From NCBI RefSeq assembly GCF_964213995.1, contig NW_027592047.1, positions 1-64,000 on the forward strand: DNA of 64,000 nt, read 5' to 3'. Under the pieces are notes generated by a model, which had not been told where the DNA came from, did not search any database, and worked only from the letters and a program-made list of their open reading frames with translations. Below are positions 38,690-50,681 of the stretch, in pieces; position 1 is the first letter of the stretch; every line of letters begins with the position of its first letter. Position numbers and translations under genes: made by a program. Source of the stretch: Mustelus asterias. Its lineage: Eukaryota.

Positions 38690-39500
38690 TCTATAGATAA
38701 GGAATCAAGTATTGTACACAATACTCCAGATGTGGTCTCTCCAGTGCCTTGCACAATGGAAACATGCGTGAATTTAGAAGAATGAGAGATCACTGACAAG
38801 ATGATAAAAGGTACGGATAAAGTAGACATGGAGAGGATGCTTCCTCTTCTGGGACATTCTAGGACGAGAGGTCACAGTCTTAGGATAAGGGGCAGCAAAT
38901 TTAAAACAGAGTTGAGGAGAAACTACTTCTCCCAAAGGGTTGTGAATCTGTGAAATTCGCTACCCCAAAGAGCGGAGGAGGCTGGGACAGTGAGTAAATT
39001 TAAGGAGGGGTTAGACAGATTTTTAATTGGTAATGGGTTGAAGGGTTATGGGGAGAAGGCAGGAAAATGGGGATGAGGAGCATATCAGCCATGATCGAAT
39101 GACGGAACGGACTCGATGGGCCGAATGGCCTAAATCTGCTCCTATATCTGAGGAATTTCTGACCCTTCCTATTTAATAATTCATTCCCTCGTCATAAATG
39201 GTAACATTTCATGACATTTCTGATTAATTGCTGTACCTGTATATTAGCCCCTTTTGATTCATGCCCAAGGACGGCCCAATCCCTCTGTCCCTCAGAATGT
39301 TGTGATCTCGCACCATTTAGTTATTAAGTGTATTTTATATTCATCAGGCCAAAATGTACATTTTCACATCCGCCCACATTAAACACAATTTGGCGAAGCT
39401 TTGCCAATTCACTGAACTACTTATGTCCCTTCATCGTCCCCTTACATCCTCATCACCATTTATTTTCCAATCTATCGTTGTGTCATCAGCAAACTTAACA
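38690..39500. mobile_element. CR1 fragments (plus-strand 3' end nested in a minus-strand copy)
   Basis: RTRGHSLRIRG..FKTELRRNYFSQRVVNL on plus; FADD region on minus near 39480. Confidence 0.8.
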
Positions 39501-39507
39501 TCCATTT

Positions 39508-39896
39508 CTGCTCTGTGACATATCACTGTGTAATCTAACAATTACTCCAGTTCCCCTGGATTACTGCTCTGTAACATATCACTGTGTAATCTAACAATTA
39601 ATCCAGTTCCCCTGGATTACTGCTCTGTGACATATCACTGTGTAATCTCACAATTAATCCAGTTCCCCTGGATTACTGCTCTGTAACATATCACTGTGTA
39701 ATCTAACAATTAATCCAGTTCCCCTGGATTACTGCTCTGTAACATATCACTGTGTAATCTAACAATTAATCCAGTTCCCCTGGATTACTGCTCTGTAACA
39801 TATCACTGTGTAATCCAACAATTAATCCAGTTCCCCTGGATTACTGCTCTGTGACATATCACTGTGTAATCTAACAATTAATCCAGTTCCCCTGGT
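39508..39896 (+). repeat. 56-bp tandem repeat x7, each with CACTGTG and most with an 8-bp hairpin
   Basis: CTGCTCTGTAACATATCACTGTGTAATCTAACAATTAATCCAGTTCCCCTGGATTA, starts 39508, 39564, 39620...39844. Confidence 0.97.
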
Positions 39897-40619
39897 TTTT
39901 GATTGGATATAACTAAAACAGAAAGCAGGCACCTCGGTCTTTGGGCTCGAATCAAGCATCAAATCGAGTCCAAGATCAGGTGCGATGCTCTTTCATGTCA
40001 GCTTGGATTTTTTGCGAGGACCATGAATTAGATTCAATTTGAATTGGTTTTGGGGGCAATGAGGAGATGGATTCTGGCTTGGCCAGTCCGCTCTCTGCAT
40101 TGGCTTTGCAACGCTAAGCAATTACTATTTTACAATCCGACAGACAGGAGCTCCCGAACACAATGCAAAGTGCGGGGTTGGATTGGTTTCCATCATAAAT
40201 TCCGTAAGTGAGTCCTTATTCGGATCATCTCTTCAGAGTCCAATTTCTCCAGCTGGAGATGGAGAGGTTTGGCTGCCTGACCGGTGCTGTTGCTGTTGTT
40301 TGTTTCACGATTGTCTGCAAACATGAGTAAGACTCCCTGCGAGCGCAGTTCAATATCATAAAGCTGATATTGATCAGTGAGTTCCAGAATAAAACAAAGA
40401 CAATCCTTGCAATGTCATAGTTGAAACTTGTAAAAAAAACTACTTCTTTTTCTGTCTCATCATTTGAGGACAATAAGTAAGTGACATAATTTCCATGACT
40501 CAGATCTGAAATACATGTTCAAACCCGAATCAATCATATCGGAGTGTGTTTAAACTTTAGGTTGAAATCACGATTGGGAAATTACTTTAAATGTGTTTAT
40601 TCCACAATTGCCTATCTGA

Positions 40620-40923
40620 AGTTCCCCCTCCCCACCCCGTCTCAACCGAGGCAGACCGAGGGCCGGGTAACTGCAGAATACCCTCGGCCTGAGTAACTGT
40701 GTGCCAACCTGAAAAATAACGGCACACAGTAAACTCTGACACATGTATATAGTTTTAAGAAATGAAATGTAACAAAATGTAATGTTTTTGTAAATAAGCA
40801 CTGTATTGTACTGTAAAAATGATTCTTTTTTGCACTGTTTATGACCTTTGGATCTGTCATTTTGCAATGTTTTATTGGAGAGTTTTTTTTTGTGAATAAA
40901 GTATATTTTTGAAATAAAAAAAA
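40620..40923 (+). mobile_element. L1/Tx1-like LINE 3' end
   Basis: AT-rich 3' UTR ending GAATAAAGTATATTTTTGAAATAAAAAAAA. Confidence 0.55.
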
Positions 40924-41525
40924 CATGTGTCGCAGTGGTGTTTTTAGCCCTGAAGCTGGAGACCTGGCTTCCAGTGAGCAGAAATAACCCAAGCTGAGAT
41001 ATAATCAGTGTGCTTGTGAGGAAAATCGCTATATTGTTGGGGCCAGGGGTGGGAATGAAGTCGCTGGTCTGATTATTGAAACAGAGAAACACTGGGTTGT
41101 GAATTGTGTCAGAAAACATTTGACAGACATTCAAAATGAGAATGAACATTGATGGCAACCTGTTCTCAGGGATTGTTTTAAATAGCACAATGATAACCTT
41201 GCGAAATGTATATGCCAATATAAGCTGTCCCTTAGGCAGCAAAATACTCTGATCAAATAGACCCTTTGATCAAAGAGACCTTGAAAAGGAGAGTGAAGAT
41301 GGGGAAAGTGCTGCACAATAATTCACACAGGCAAGAAAATGTCATCAAAGGTTGAAGCGTGAGTTAAGGAACTGTAAATGTATTTTTAGTATAGTAGCAA
41401 GTTAAAAATTCAACTGTGGCTCAGCCGTTCGTGTTGAGTGTTGTGTTTTGTTTTTGATATTTTGTTTATGACCCTGTGACTATCACTGTCGAGACAAAAT
41501 AATTATTTCTGTTTATCAGTGTGGG

Positions 41526-41540
41526 AGCGCCCTCTGCTGA
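41526..41540 (-). promoter_or_regulatory. CTCF-like motif downstream of V RSS
   Basis: TCAGCAGAGGGCGCT on minus, matching the CTCF core consensus, 25 bp beyond the nonamer. Confidence 0.55.
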
Positions 41541-41565
41541 TCACTAACCGGAACTCCCAGTCTGG

Positions 41566-41603
41566 GGTTTTTGTGCGGGGTTCGCTCCATCTGTACCAGT
41601 GTG
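41566..41603 (-). other. V recombination signal sequence (23-type)
   Basis: CACACTG - 22 bp - ACAAAAACC. Confidence 0.93.
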
Positions 41604-42146
41604 GGCTCCATGGCACAGAAATACACGGCGCTGTCGGACAGAACAGCTCTGGCGATATTTAAAGGAACAGTATTGTTTCCTTTGTGCAAAGCAGCCGAGA
41701 ATCTATCTGAGAAATCCGGAGACTTATCGGTATTGCCCGAGCTATATATCTTCATCAAATATCTCAGAGCTTGCCCGGGATACTGGATGTACCAGAACAC
41801 AGTTTGAAAAGCAGCTGTCGAGCTTTTACAGTCCAGTGTTATGTTCTGTCCTTCCAGAACCGATAATTCAGATCGACCTTGAAACACTGAATCTTCAGCC
41901 TTTGCCCCTGTAACAAAACACAGAAGGTGTTCAATATCTGGGAGGGAAGAGAGCCCATGGGACAGACACTGATCATTTAAACATTGGCTCAAAAAAAGAA
42001 AATGCTCGAAATTTTCAGTAGATCTGACAACATCTGTGAGAGGCGAACAGAGATAAAGTTTCAAGTCAGGATGACACTTTGTCAGAGTTTATTGACTCAC
42101 CGGGCAGCAAGACCATTATTATCAGCAAACAAAGTAAGGAGCACAT
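41604..42146 (-). CDS. TRAV: TCR alpha/delta V segment, intact (leader 42146-42101, V exon 41907-41604)
   Basis: Leader MCSLLCLLIIMVLLP-G, phase-1 GT-AG intron, EDSVFQ...LDC...FWYIQYPG...DRFSA...DSAVYFCAM, RSS. Confidence 0.93.
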
Positions 42147-42993
42147 GGTGTCTGGTTTCGGGTTCGGCAGAAATGAAGCAGTATTTGAAATGTGTTGACA
42201 TTTCTGTTCTGATATTCAAGCGGAAATTCATATCAGCGGAAACGTAATTTACTCAGAAATTATGGGGCGTTTCCCAGCGACAGGATTGGCCGCTTTCTCA
42301 GGATTGATGGTCGTCGGGCATCAATCAGCCTTGGCTCGACTAATAAGTTCTGAGTTTCTCTTTCTCCCTGTGTTTCTAGGGTTCTCCGGCTCTCTCTTCG
42401 TTTGGAGCCTGTCTATCTCGCTCTGTTATTCCGCCTCTGTTTGTCTAACCCCCATTGCTCTGCTTCTGACCGTCTCTGTCTTCGCACTGGCTCCACGTTC
42501 TTATCTTTCTCCCCTTCTCCCTAGAGTTCAGAGTTCAGACAATCCGATTTCTCCCACTGTCCCATTTCAATGAGCCCACTAAATTACTCATTCTATTCGA
42601 GCACCAAATGTAGATAAAGTTAATAACCAGCACTTAAGGGGTAGCATTATGATGGAAAGATTTAAATGTAAATACTAAAGAATATAGAGTGTGAATGTGA
42701 ATCCAGGGTCATATTTACATCGTGTTGTTATTTTAGAAAAGGCATCTTATCGGAATCTTGATGGCGTCATATTGTTTAGAATGAACTTTTATAACCAGTA
42801 TGAACTGAATAAAGCGAAACGCCAGCAATTAAAGTAACGGTGGGATTATCCCTCATGTATACGCTCAACTGAGTTCAATTGCATTGGGATAGTAAAAGGA
42901 TGAACAAGAATAATGCAACATAATCATGCAGCAACGCCCTTTTGTCATTTGAGAATTCGATGATTTTCCAGGAAATGACCAGTTACCTCAGAT

Positions 42994-43012
42994 TGCCGCC
43001 AGATGGCGGTGC
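42994..43012 (+). promoter_or_regulatory. CTCF-like motif
   Basis: TGCCGCCAGATGGCGGTGC. Confidence 0.45.
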
Positions 43013-43824
43013 CTCACCATGTTTGTGTGTTTACTGCAGCGGGTACGGGGAGCATAACTCGGCGGTATTGCTGCTGGTCTGGTTTCCCAAGGCGTCCAGA
43101 GGCTCTCGGAAATAACCCTGTCGCTATCACGTACTACGTTATATTATGCTATGTTAATTGTATTTCCCTTTCTGAAATTCCTGAGTGTGTTTAGGCCATT
43201 GAATTTCTCATTGTACCCTTTTGCTTCTCTCTCTCACTATCTCTCTGTTTCTCTTGTTGTCTGTTCGCCTGTCTCTCTTTATGCTTTCGTCAGTACTGTC
43301 TCCATAAATCTGCAACTGCTCCCTTCACAGTTCCTTCACCGAACCTTCATCTATTTCCCTTCCTGTCTCCGTCTCTCCCTCATTTATCTTACTGTGTCTT
43401 GATCCAGCATTAAGGAAACACTCTGAAGTTCACTGGGGGAATTCTATTCTCAATGTTTATTTTAAAGATCGCAGTCACTTCCTTGTGAACTCTCTTCATT
43501 ATGGATAGACTTTCTCTGAAGCAGCAAAACTCTGGTCGGATCAAATAAACCCAGAGAACAGGCCGCAGGAAAAAGGCTTCAGAACCTGATTGGGACTGAG
43601 TTGCTGAATATTAGACAGACACGGAAACTGGATCAAATGACAATTACTAAACTAAAGAGATCAAATAAATTTAAGAAGATCAGCGACAGTACAACTGCGA
43701 GTTGAAATTAACTAATACAATTCCTTATCTCTTGTTGAGGTTGTGTTTTGCTCTGATATTTTAGGAAGGCACCTGTGATTTTCTCAGTAGAGAGTGAATT
43801 ATTGTTTCTGTTTATCGGTGCGAG

Positions 43825-43839
43825 AGCACCCTCTGCTGG
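43825..43839 (-). promoter_or_regulatory. CTCF-like motif downstream of pseudo-V RSS
   Basis: CCAGCAGAGGGTGCT on minus, 23 bp beyond the nonamer. Confidence 0.5.
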
Positions 43840-43862
43840 AAACTTACTGGAACCCCAGTGTG

Positions 43863-44321
43863 GGGTTTTGTCCGGGAATCGCTCTATCTCTGCAGCAGTG
43901 TGGGCTCAATGGCACAGAAATACACAGCGCCGTCGGAGTGAAGAGCCCCGCCTTATTTAAAAGAGCGGTTTTGTTTCCTTTGTGCAAACAGCAGAAAGTC
44001 TGGCAAATCTTGAGACGAATCTCCCGCGCTGCATCCTCATTGAGTATTTCGGACCTTTTCTGGTAGACGGGATGTTTCAGAACAGAGTTGGTTCACGATA
44101 GGTTGTTGACTAACGACAGTCCGGTGTTGTGCTCTGTCCTTCCTGAATTGTTAATTCAGAAGGAGCCTGTGACAACGAATCATCGCTATTGGTTCCTATA
44201 ACACAAATACAGTGTTCCAAAAGTCAGAAATTAAACACAACTCCTGGATAACACACTGACTGAACAGAGACTCGCCAGACAGCAAGACCATTATTACCAG
44301 TAAGGAATAAGGGGGACACAT
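43863..44321 (-). pseudogene. TRAV: TCR alpha/delta V pseudogene, paralogue of the 41604 V
   Basis: Leader MCPPYSLLVIMVLLS-G (44321-44276) with GC donor. V exon 44195-43903 DDSLSQAPSELTIQEGQ..DCR* ..LF* (Trp codon is TGA), frameshifts, AVYFCAI. RSS CACACTG-24-ACAAAACCC. Confidence 0.9.
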
Positions 44322-45711
44322 GGTAATTCCTTTAGAGTTCGACAGAAAAGTACAGGTTATTCTCGATGTATTGATTCTTTTAACCTGAACCTTTTAACTG
44401 TAACCCAGAACAGAATGTGGCTTCACTAAGTCAGAAACTGAGGTGGTTTTTCAGGGATACGTCTGGCTGTTCTGTCAGTGCTGATCGAAGTGGCGCACCA
44501 ACAGATGAGAGTCGGAGAGAATTATTTAGTCTGATTGCTTCGCTTTCTCTTTCTGACATTTTCAGGATTTCCGCCTCGCTTTTCTTGTCTCTGTCAGTTG
44601 TTCGTTCTGTCGCTCTTTTCGAAGTGTCATGAAAATGCGGAGTACAGAAAATCTAACTTGTCTCAGAATCTTATTCAAAAAATCCCGATAAGAAGTACTC
44701 TGTTAAAAGTAGCAAAAATATTTCTGTATTTCACAGGTAAATTTGAAATGACAACGGTTCGGCAAAATGCTTAATTCAGTGGGAATCGGAGCAAAATCAA
44801 TCCCCTCTGCAGGCGGCACAATAACAGTTGAAATCTGCAAAGATTCATGTTGATTTGAATTCGTTTCATTCATTCTTTCTGGAGTGCACATTGGATAAAC
44901 AGAATGAGCTATCAAGATGCAAAACAAGGAAAGCATTTATTCCATCTTCATAGTTATCTAAAATGAAGTGTGTGTTACTGGGCATGATAATAATCATCTG
45001 CTGACATTATTATACATCGATGTTAAAATCCTGTAATTTATTCGGTCGCGCTGGCAAAATTATATCGTCCAGGTATCATTAGCAACTTAAGCTCCAAAGA
45101 GCTTGGTACATCAAAGTGCAGCAACGTTTACCTACTATAATTTTGGATGGAATTTACATCTGATAACTACATCAAGTGTGTACATTAATCCCCAGATGCA
45201 ATCGCCAGGCAATATCTCCCATGGGCAATGGGGAACAAAGTTCGCATAGAGTGGATGGTGACAAAAGGGAAAATGCGCCACCCCGACCTCCTGCTGCAAA
45301 CTTTCATCCCTGACAATGTTATTCAATATTCACACTTCAGCAACCGGGTCCCAGGTCCAGCCATCGAGTGACTGAACCTCTCTGTGACTCACAGCGCCTG
45401 CAGTAAGTGAAAGCCGCCAGCAGATGGTGATATTGTATTATTTTAGTCACAAGACAGTGAAACTCCCGTTTCAACTCACAGTTAGATTTTCTGGATATCA
45501 GTTTGACTGGAACAGTGCTGTTCCAAACTACCACCACCATCCCAAAGGAAACTAGCAAAGTGCAATAAATGCTTGACTCGGCATCGAAGCCCACACTCGG
45601 TAAGATTAATTTTTAAATGGTTTATTTTGGGGGCATTTGTGGCATCTCCTCCCCCAGTGGCCCAGAGTGAGGCAGAATTGCTATTAGTTTCACCCTGTGT
45701 GAGCTGACCGT

Positions 45712-48202
45712 CGCTTGTATCACTTTCTCAGGGTTCCCTTTGGTGTCACCAATGGGGTCTCGGTCTTCCAGCGTGCTATGGACCGAATGGTGGACCAGAA
45801 CGGGCTGCGGGCTACCTTCCCGTACCTGGATAATGTCACCATCTGCGGCCATGACCAGCAGGACCACGACACGAATCTCCTGAACTTCCTACGCACTGCA
45901 TCTCGCCTGAACTTGACCTACAACAGGGAGAAGTGTGTGTTTCGTACGCGCCGTTTAGCCATCCGAGGATACGTGGTGGAAAACGGGGTCATTGGCCCTG
46001 ATCCAGACCGTATGCGCCCCCTTTCTGAACTTCCCTTACCTGCTAGTGCAAAAGCACTGAGAAGATGCTGAGGCTTCTTCTCTTATTATGCTCAGTGGGT
46101 TCCCAACTACGCGGATAAAGCCCGTCCGCTCATTAAGTCCACGACTTTTCCCTTAACGCCAGAGGCCCGATTGGCCTTCGATAAATTGAAAGCCGACATC
46201 GCGAAAGCCACGATGCACGCTGTAGACGAATCCATCCCCTTTCAGGTGGAGAGCGATGCATCTGATTTCGCCCTGGCCGCCACACTTAACCAGGCGGGCA
46301 GGCTCGTCGCATTTTTTTCCCGCACCCTCCAAGGCCCCGAAATTCGGCATTCAGCGGTGGAAAAGGAGGCCCAGGCCATTGTGGAGGCCGTCAGGCACTG
46401 GCGCCATTACTTGGTGGGAAAACGGTTCACCCTGATCACGGACCAGCGGTCCGTGGCGTTCATGTTCAACAACACGCAGAGGGGCAAGATCAAGAATGAC
46501 AAGATCTTGCGGTGGAGAATTGAACTCTCCACCTATAACTACGACATCATGTATAGTCCAGGGAAACTCAATGAGCCCTCGGATGCCCTCTCGCGTGGAA
46601 CATGCGCTAGTATACAGGAGGACCGTTTGCACGCCCTCCATAATTACCTGTGCCATCCTGGGGTCACTCGGCTCTCCCACTTTATAAAAGCCCGCAACCT
46701 GCCTTACTCGGTGGAGGACGTCAGGTCAGTAACAAGGAGCTGTCGGGTTTGCGCGGAATGCAAACCGCACTTTTACCGACCTGACCGGGCACATTTAGTC
46801 AAGGCCACTCGTCCCTTCGAGAGACTGAGTGTCGATTTTAAGGGCCCCCTTCCCTCAACAGATCGGAATGTGTACTTCCTCAATATCATTGACGAGTACT
46901 CTCGGTTCCCTTTTGTTGTTCCCTGCTCTGATACATCCGCTGCCACGGTTATCATGGCATTCCGTGATCTCTTTACCCTGTTCGGGTACCCCGGCTACAT
47001 CCATAGCGACAGGGGCTCGTCGTTCATGAGCGATGACTTGAGGCAATTCCTGCTCTTCTACGGGATTGCCTCTAGTAGGACCACGAGCTACAACCCTAGG
47101 GGTAACGGACAGGTGGAACGTGAGAATGCTACAGTCTGGAAGGCTGTCTTACTGGCGTTGAAGTCAAAAGGTCTTCCAGTCTCCCGTTGGCAAGAGGTGC
47201 TCCCTGATGCGCTCCATTCTATTCGCTCCCTCCTGTGTACAGCAACCAATGCTACTCCCCACGAGAGGATGTTCTCATTCCCTCGAAAGTCTTCCTCGGG
47301 GACCTCATTACCGTCTTGGTTGACGTACTCAGGACCCGTCCTCCTGCGGCGACATGTAAGGGCCCGCAAGTCTGACCCGTTGGTCGAACAGGTCCATCTC
47401 CCCCACGCCAACCCTCAGTATGCCTGTGTGGCATACCCTGACGGGCGAGAGGAGACGGTCTCGATCTGAGACCTGGCGCCAGCAGGGGATGTAGCAACCC
47501 CTGTCGCTCCCATACCCCCTGTAACAAACCCTTTATCTCTTGTTTCTTCCTCGAACACGGCGCGGGCAGCATCGGGACCATTGCTTAACCATTTTACTCC
47601 CATGTACAGCTTGCCTGAGCCCAGAAGATGGTCGCCACCGCAGGGCGTGTCAGGATCCCATGGACTACCGTCACCTCAGGGTCAACCGGCCTGTGAGTCC
47701 GTGGAAAAACAGCTGGACGCCGCCTTGGGGAGAACGCCACCGCAAGTGCCTACTCCGGTGTCACCGCCGGTATTGAGGAGGTCACAACGACGGTGCGGTC
47801 CCCCTGACTGTTTGAACTTATAGACTGCTGACACTTTATTCTGTTTTTTTGTACCCCGCCGGCCTTTGTTCTCAAAGGAGGGGTGAATGTGGTGAACCAT
47901 CGTTGGTTCCCACTGGATAGTACTGAGCCAGGGGCTGGCCAGTACTACAAGGATGTACATATGTTACTGTTGGGTTGTGCTATTGTTGCTGTTGGGTTAG
48001 GGTGGGGTTGTTACACCTTTGTACTGTAGTGTTGTGGTACATCCCAGTCGGGCTCCGCCTCCTGGGAGAGGTATAAGAGTCCCTGCTCTGGCCGGGACCC
48101 CTTCAGTCTGGGATAGTGTATATAAGTTCTGGCAGCTTCGTTACAGTAAATAAAAGCCTTTCATTTACTGAGCTTCAGGCCTCGTGTTTGAGTAGCGCAT
48201 CA
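45712..48202 (+). mobile_element. 5'-truncated Ty3/gypsy LTR retrotransposon (RT-RNaseH-integrase, PPT, 3' LTR)
   Basis: PFGVTNG..YLDN RT, DASD RNase H, HHCC and DDE integrase, in-frame TGA at 46069, PPT AAAGGAGGGGTGAA, LTR 47888-48202 TG...CA with TATA and AATAAA. Confidence 0.95.
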
Positions 48203-48387
48203 ATCTCTAATGATGGAGACATTTCCATTGCAGAGGACATGGGGACCTGATTTTCTGCATCTATTGACCGGTCGAAAAACAATGGGAATTTCACCATCCG
48301 TGAGCTGCGGCTGTCTGGCCGCGCGGTGTATTACTGCGGACTGAGAGACTCAGAGACAGAAACCAGAGGGAGCCCCGCACCAAAACA
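48203..48387 (+). pseudogene. 3' half of a TCR V segment abutting the LTR
   Basis: ISNDGDISIAEDMGT*FSASIDRSKNNGNFTIRELRLSGRAVYYCGLR, then degenerate RSS CTCAGAG-23-ACCAAAACA (48349-48387). Confidence 0.85.
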
Positions 48388-49072
48388 CTGCCGCAAAGTC
48401 ACAGGGTGAACGGGGCAGAGAATGGTAATAATATTGAACTTCTTTAAATACAGCATGATGCGCTCTGTAGTGCCTCCATACATTTTCAGTTTTTTCTGAT
48501 ATTCACAACAGGGGCCTGGGGGTATTATCCCGAGACGATTAATCCAGAGGCTCAGCTAAAGTTCTGCAGACTCATTTCAATTAAAAAAATCTACAATTAA
48601 AAATCTAATTCACGAAAGTACTTGAGGGAAGGAAAACTGCATTCCTCTGGCCTCCATGTGACACCAGAGCCACTGCGATGTGGTTGATTCTCAGCTAGCG
48701 ATGGACAATAAATGCTGGCCAACCAATGGCACCCATGTCCCACACACAGAACAAACTTTCACTGGAATCACGGTTGAAACTGTCCTGAAAGTAAGGCTAA
48801 TGGACGTATTAAAAAAAAAACAATGACAGAACTATTTAGCCTTCCTTAGCTTCCGGGTCACAGTAAGAAAATAAGCGGGTTTTTTGGAATGTCATTTATT
48901 GAGCATGTTGAATTTATGGAGCATAATCTCATCAAGAGCTATGCAGATAGCTCGGGAAAGTGGCGTTCAGGCTGATCAGCCCTGATCTAACTGAATGACA
49001 AAACAGAATCGAAGGGCAGAATGGCCGACTGCTGTTCCCACGTTCCTACACTCCATTTGTCCATTTTCTTCC

Positions 49073-49212
49073 CGACGTCAATCGTTAAATCTCGAAGTTT
49101 CCTCTGTAAGGATAGTGATTGCCATCCAGCTCACTGTGTGTCTGTTTACTGTCTGTTATCTCACCACCTGGGTGTCACGCAGCTCCGCTGGGGACAGAAG
49201 GGACGGAAGTGA
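49073..49212 (+). promoter_or_regulatory. Putative V promoter (CRE-like and ETS motifs)
   Basis: CGACGTCA at 49073 and CGGAAGTG at 49204, upstream of the ATG at 49308. Confidence 0.35.
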
Positions 49213-49307
49213 GAACATCTGGAGACAGGAAGCTGATTATTGAGGGTAAGGATTAGACTTGATGAAATCAAACACCCAGCTCCTCCTCTACAGAGCGGAC
49301 AGCGACA

Positions 49308-49770
49308 ATGTGGCTGCTCGGTATGTGGGTACTGTGGGGACCATTCCTGACAGGTAATTATGTGCAAAATACATTGCACCGTTTCTCACATTTCCCAAGC
49401 TTGGTTCCAGACCATTCTTTCATGATCCGCCCGTCTGAACATTTTCTGTTTTGTTAATTTCAGATCTGAGTCATGGAGATTCTGTCACCCAGTCGCTCTC
49501 ATCAGATGTTAAGGGAGAAGGCGAGATCGTGACTTTAACCTGTGACTATCAAACCACAGAGAGCGACTATAGGCTGTACTGGTACCGACAACTTCCAGAC
49601 AAGCAGCCCGTGTTTATTCTGCGGAAAGATCCTGATGGTTATGAAGATAAAGCAGATGTTTTTAAAAGTCGGTTCTATGTAGATCTCCAGGCCTCGAACA
49701 AATTCATCAGTTTAAATATATTCGACTTGAGCCTGACTGATGCTGCCACTTATTACTGCGCGTTCAGACG
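49308..49770 (+). CDS. TRAV: TCR alpha/delta V segment, intact (leader 49308-49353, V exon 49464-49770)
   Basis: MWLLGMWVLWGPFLT-D|LSHGDSVTQ...LTCDY...LYWYRQLPDKQP...SRF...DAATYYCAFR. Confidence 0.95.
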
Positions 49771-49809
49771 CACAGTGATAGGAAGAAGACCCAGCTTCGT
49801 GCAAAAACC
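49771..49809 (+). other. 23-RSS
   Basis: CACAGTG - 23 bp - GCAAAAACC. Confidence 0.96.
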
Positions 49810-50681
49810 GGCTTACACTGGAGGAATGAGCCCGTGACGATTGAGGATTGCGTTCTGGCCAGATGTTAACTGAGCTGTCAGCCTCTCAAACACACCACAC
49901 ACAGAGGAAATCAAGTTAACCTCAGATGAAACCACCATCTAACTGTTTCTAGCAGCAGTGGAGAAAACAAACTGCAGAATCCAATCTGTCAGGCAGATCC
50001 AGCACGGAACCAGACTCGACTCATTCTTCCAAAAGACAATCATGCCATTTTGTGGTCTTGCTCCACCAATCGGCGGTGAGCTGGAATCCAGTGAATGGAA
50101 ATACATCGAGCTGCGATACAGTTAATGTCATGGTAATGGGAATATACCCATTGTTTGCGAGTGAACTCTATAAAGCATTGTATTCTAATGTCATTGGGTA
50201 GTCTGAGGAAGGCATTTAGGACAATATGGATCGTCAACATGGCTCCTCAATGTCGCAGAAAGAGAAAGAGAGAGGATGGATGGAAAGAGAGGAAGAGAGA
50301 GAGAGAGAGGTGTCCATTATTTGGTTCAAATTTGCGACAAGTTCAATGTAACCGGCACATATTTGGATTCCCCAATCCCTTTACTCCAGGGTCAGAGTGA
50401 CGGGAATTTCTGACTGAGAATTAAACATTCCCACTGCCTGCTGCGCTGATACCGTTTGTAACCATCACCACACCGACTACACTGGAAATGACATTCCTGA
50501 GGTTCGCAAGTCCCATTTCACTTCTGGAGCCTGTGAAAGGCGTCACATCAGTAAACGTAAGTTCTCTTTTTTCGAGGGATACTTGTTTGTAGAGGTTGCA
50601 TTCATTGTCTTTCTGTTTCCACGGGGACCGATAATGTTTATTTTTAATTTCATTTTCGTTATTTCAGTTTGTTTTTCCCAG

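Noticed and set aside
39936-39975. Second J-like peptide VFGLESSIKSSP
   Set aside because: No RSS or donor; lies in apparently repeat-derived sequence
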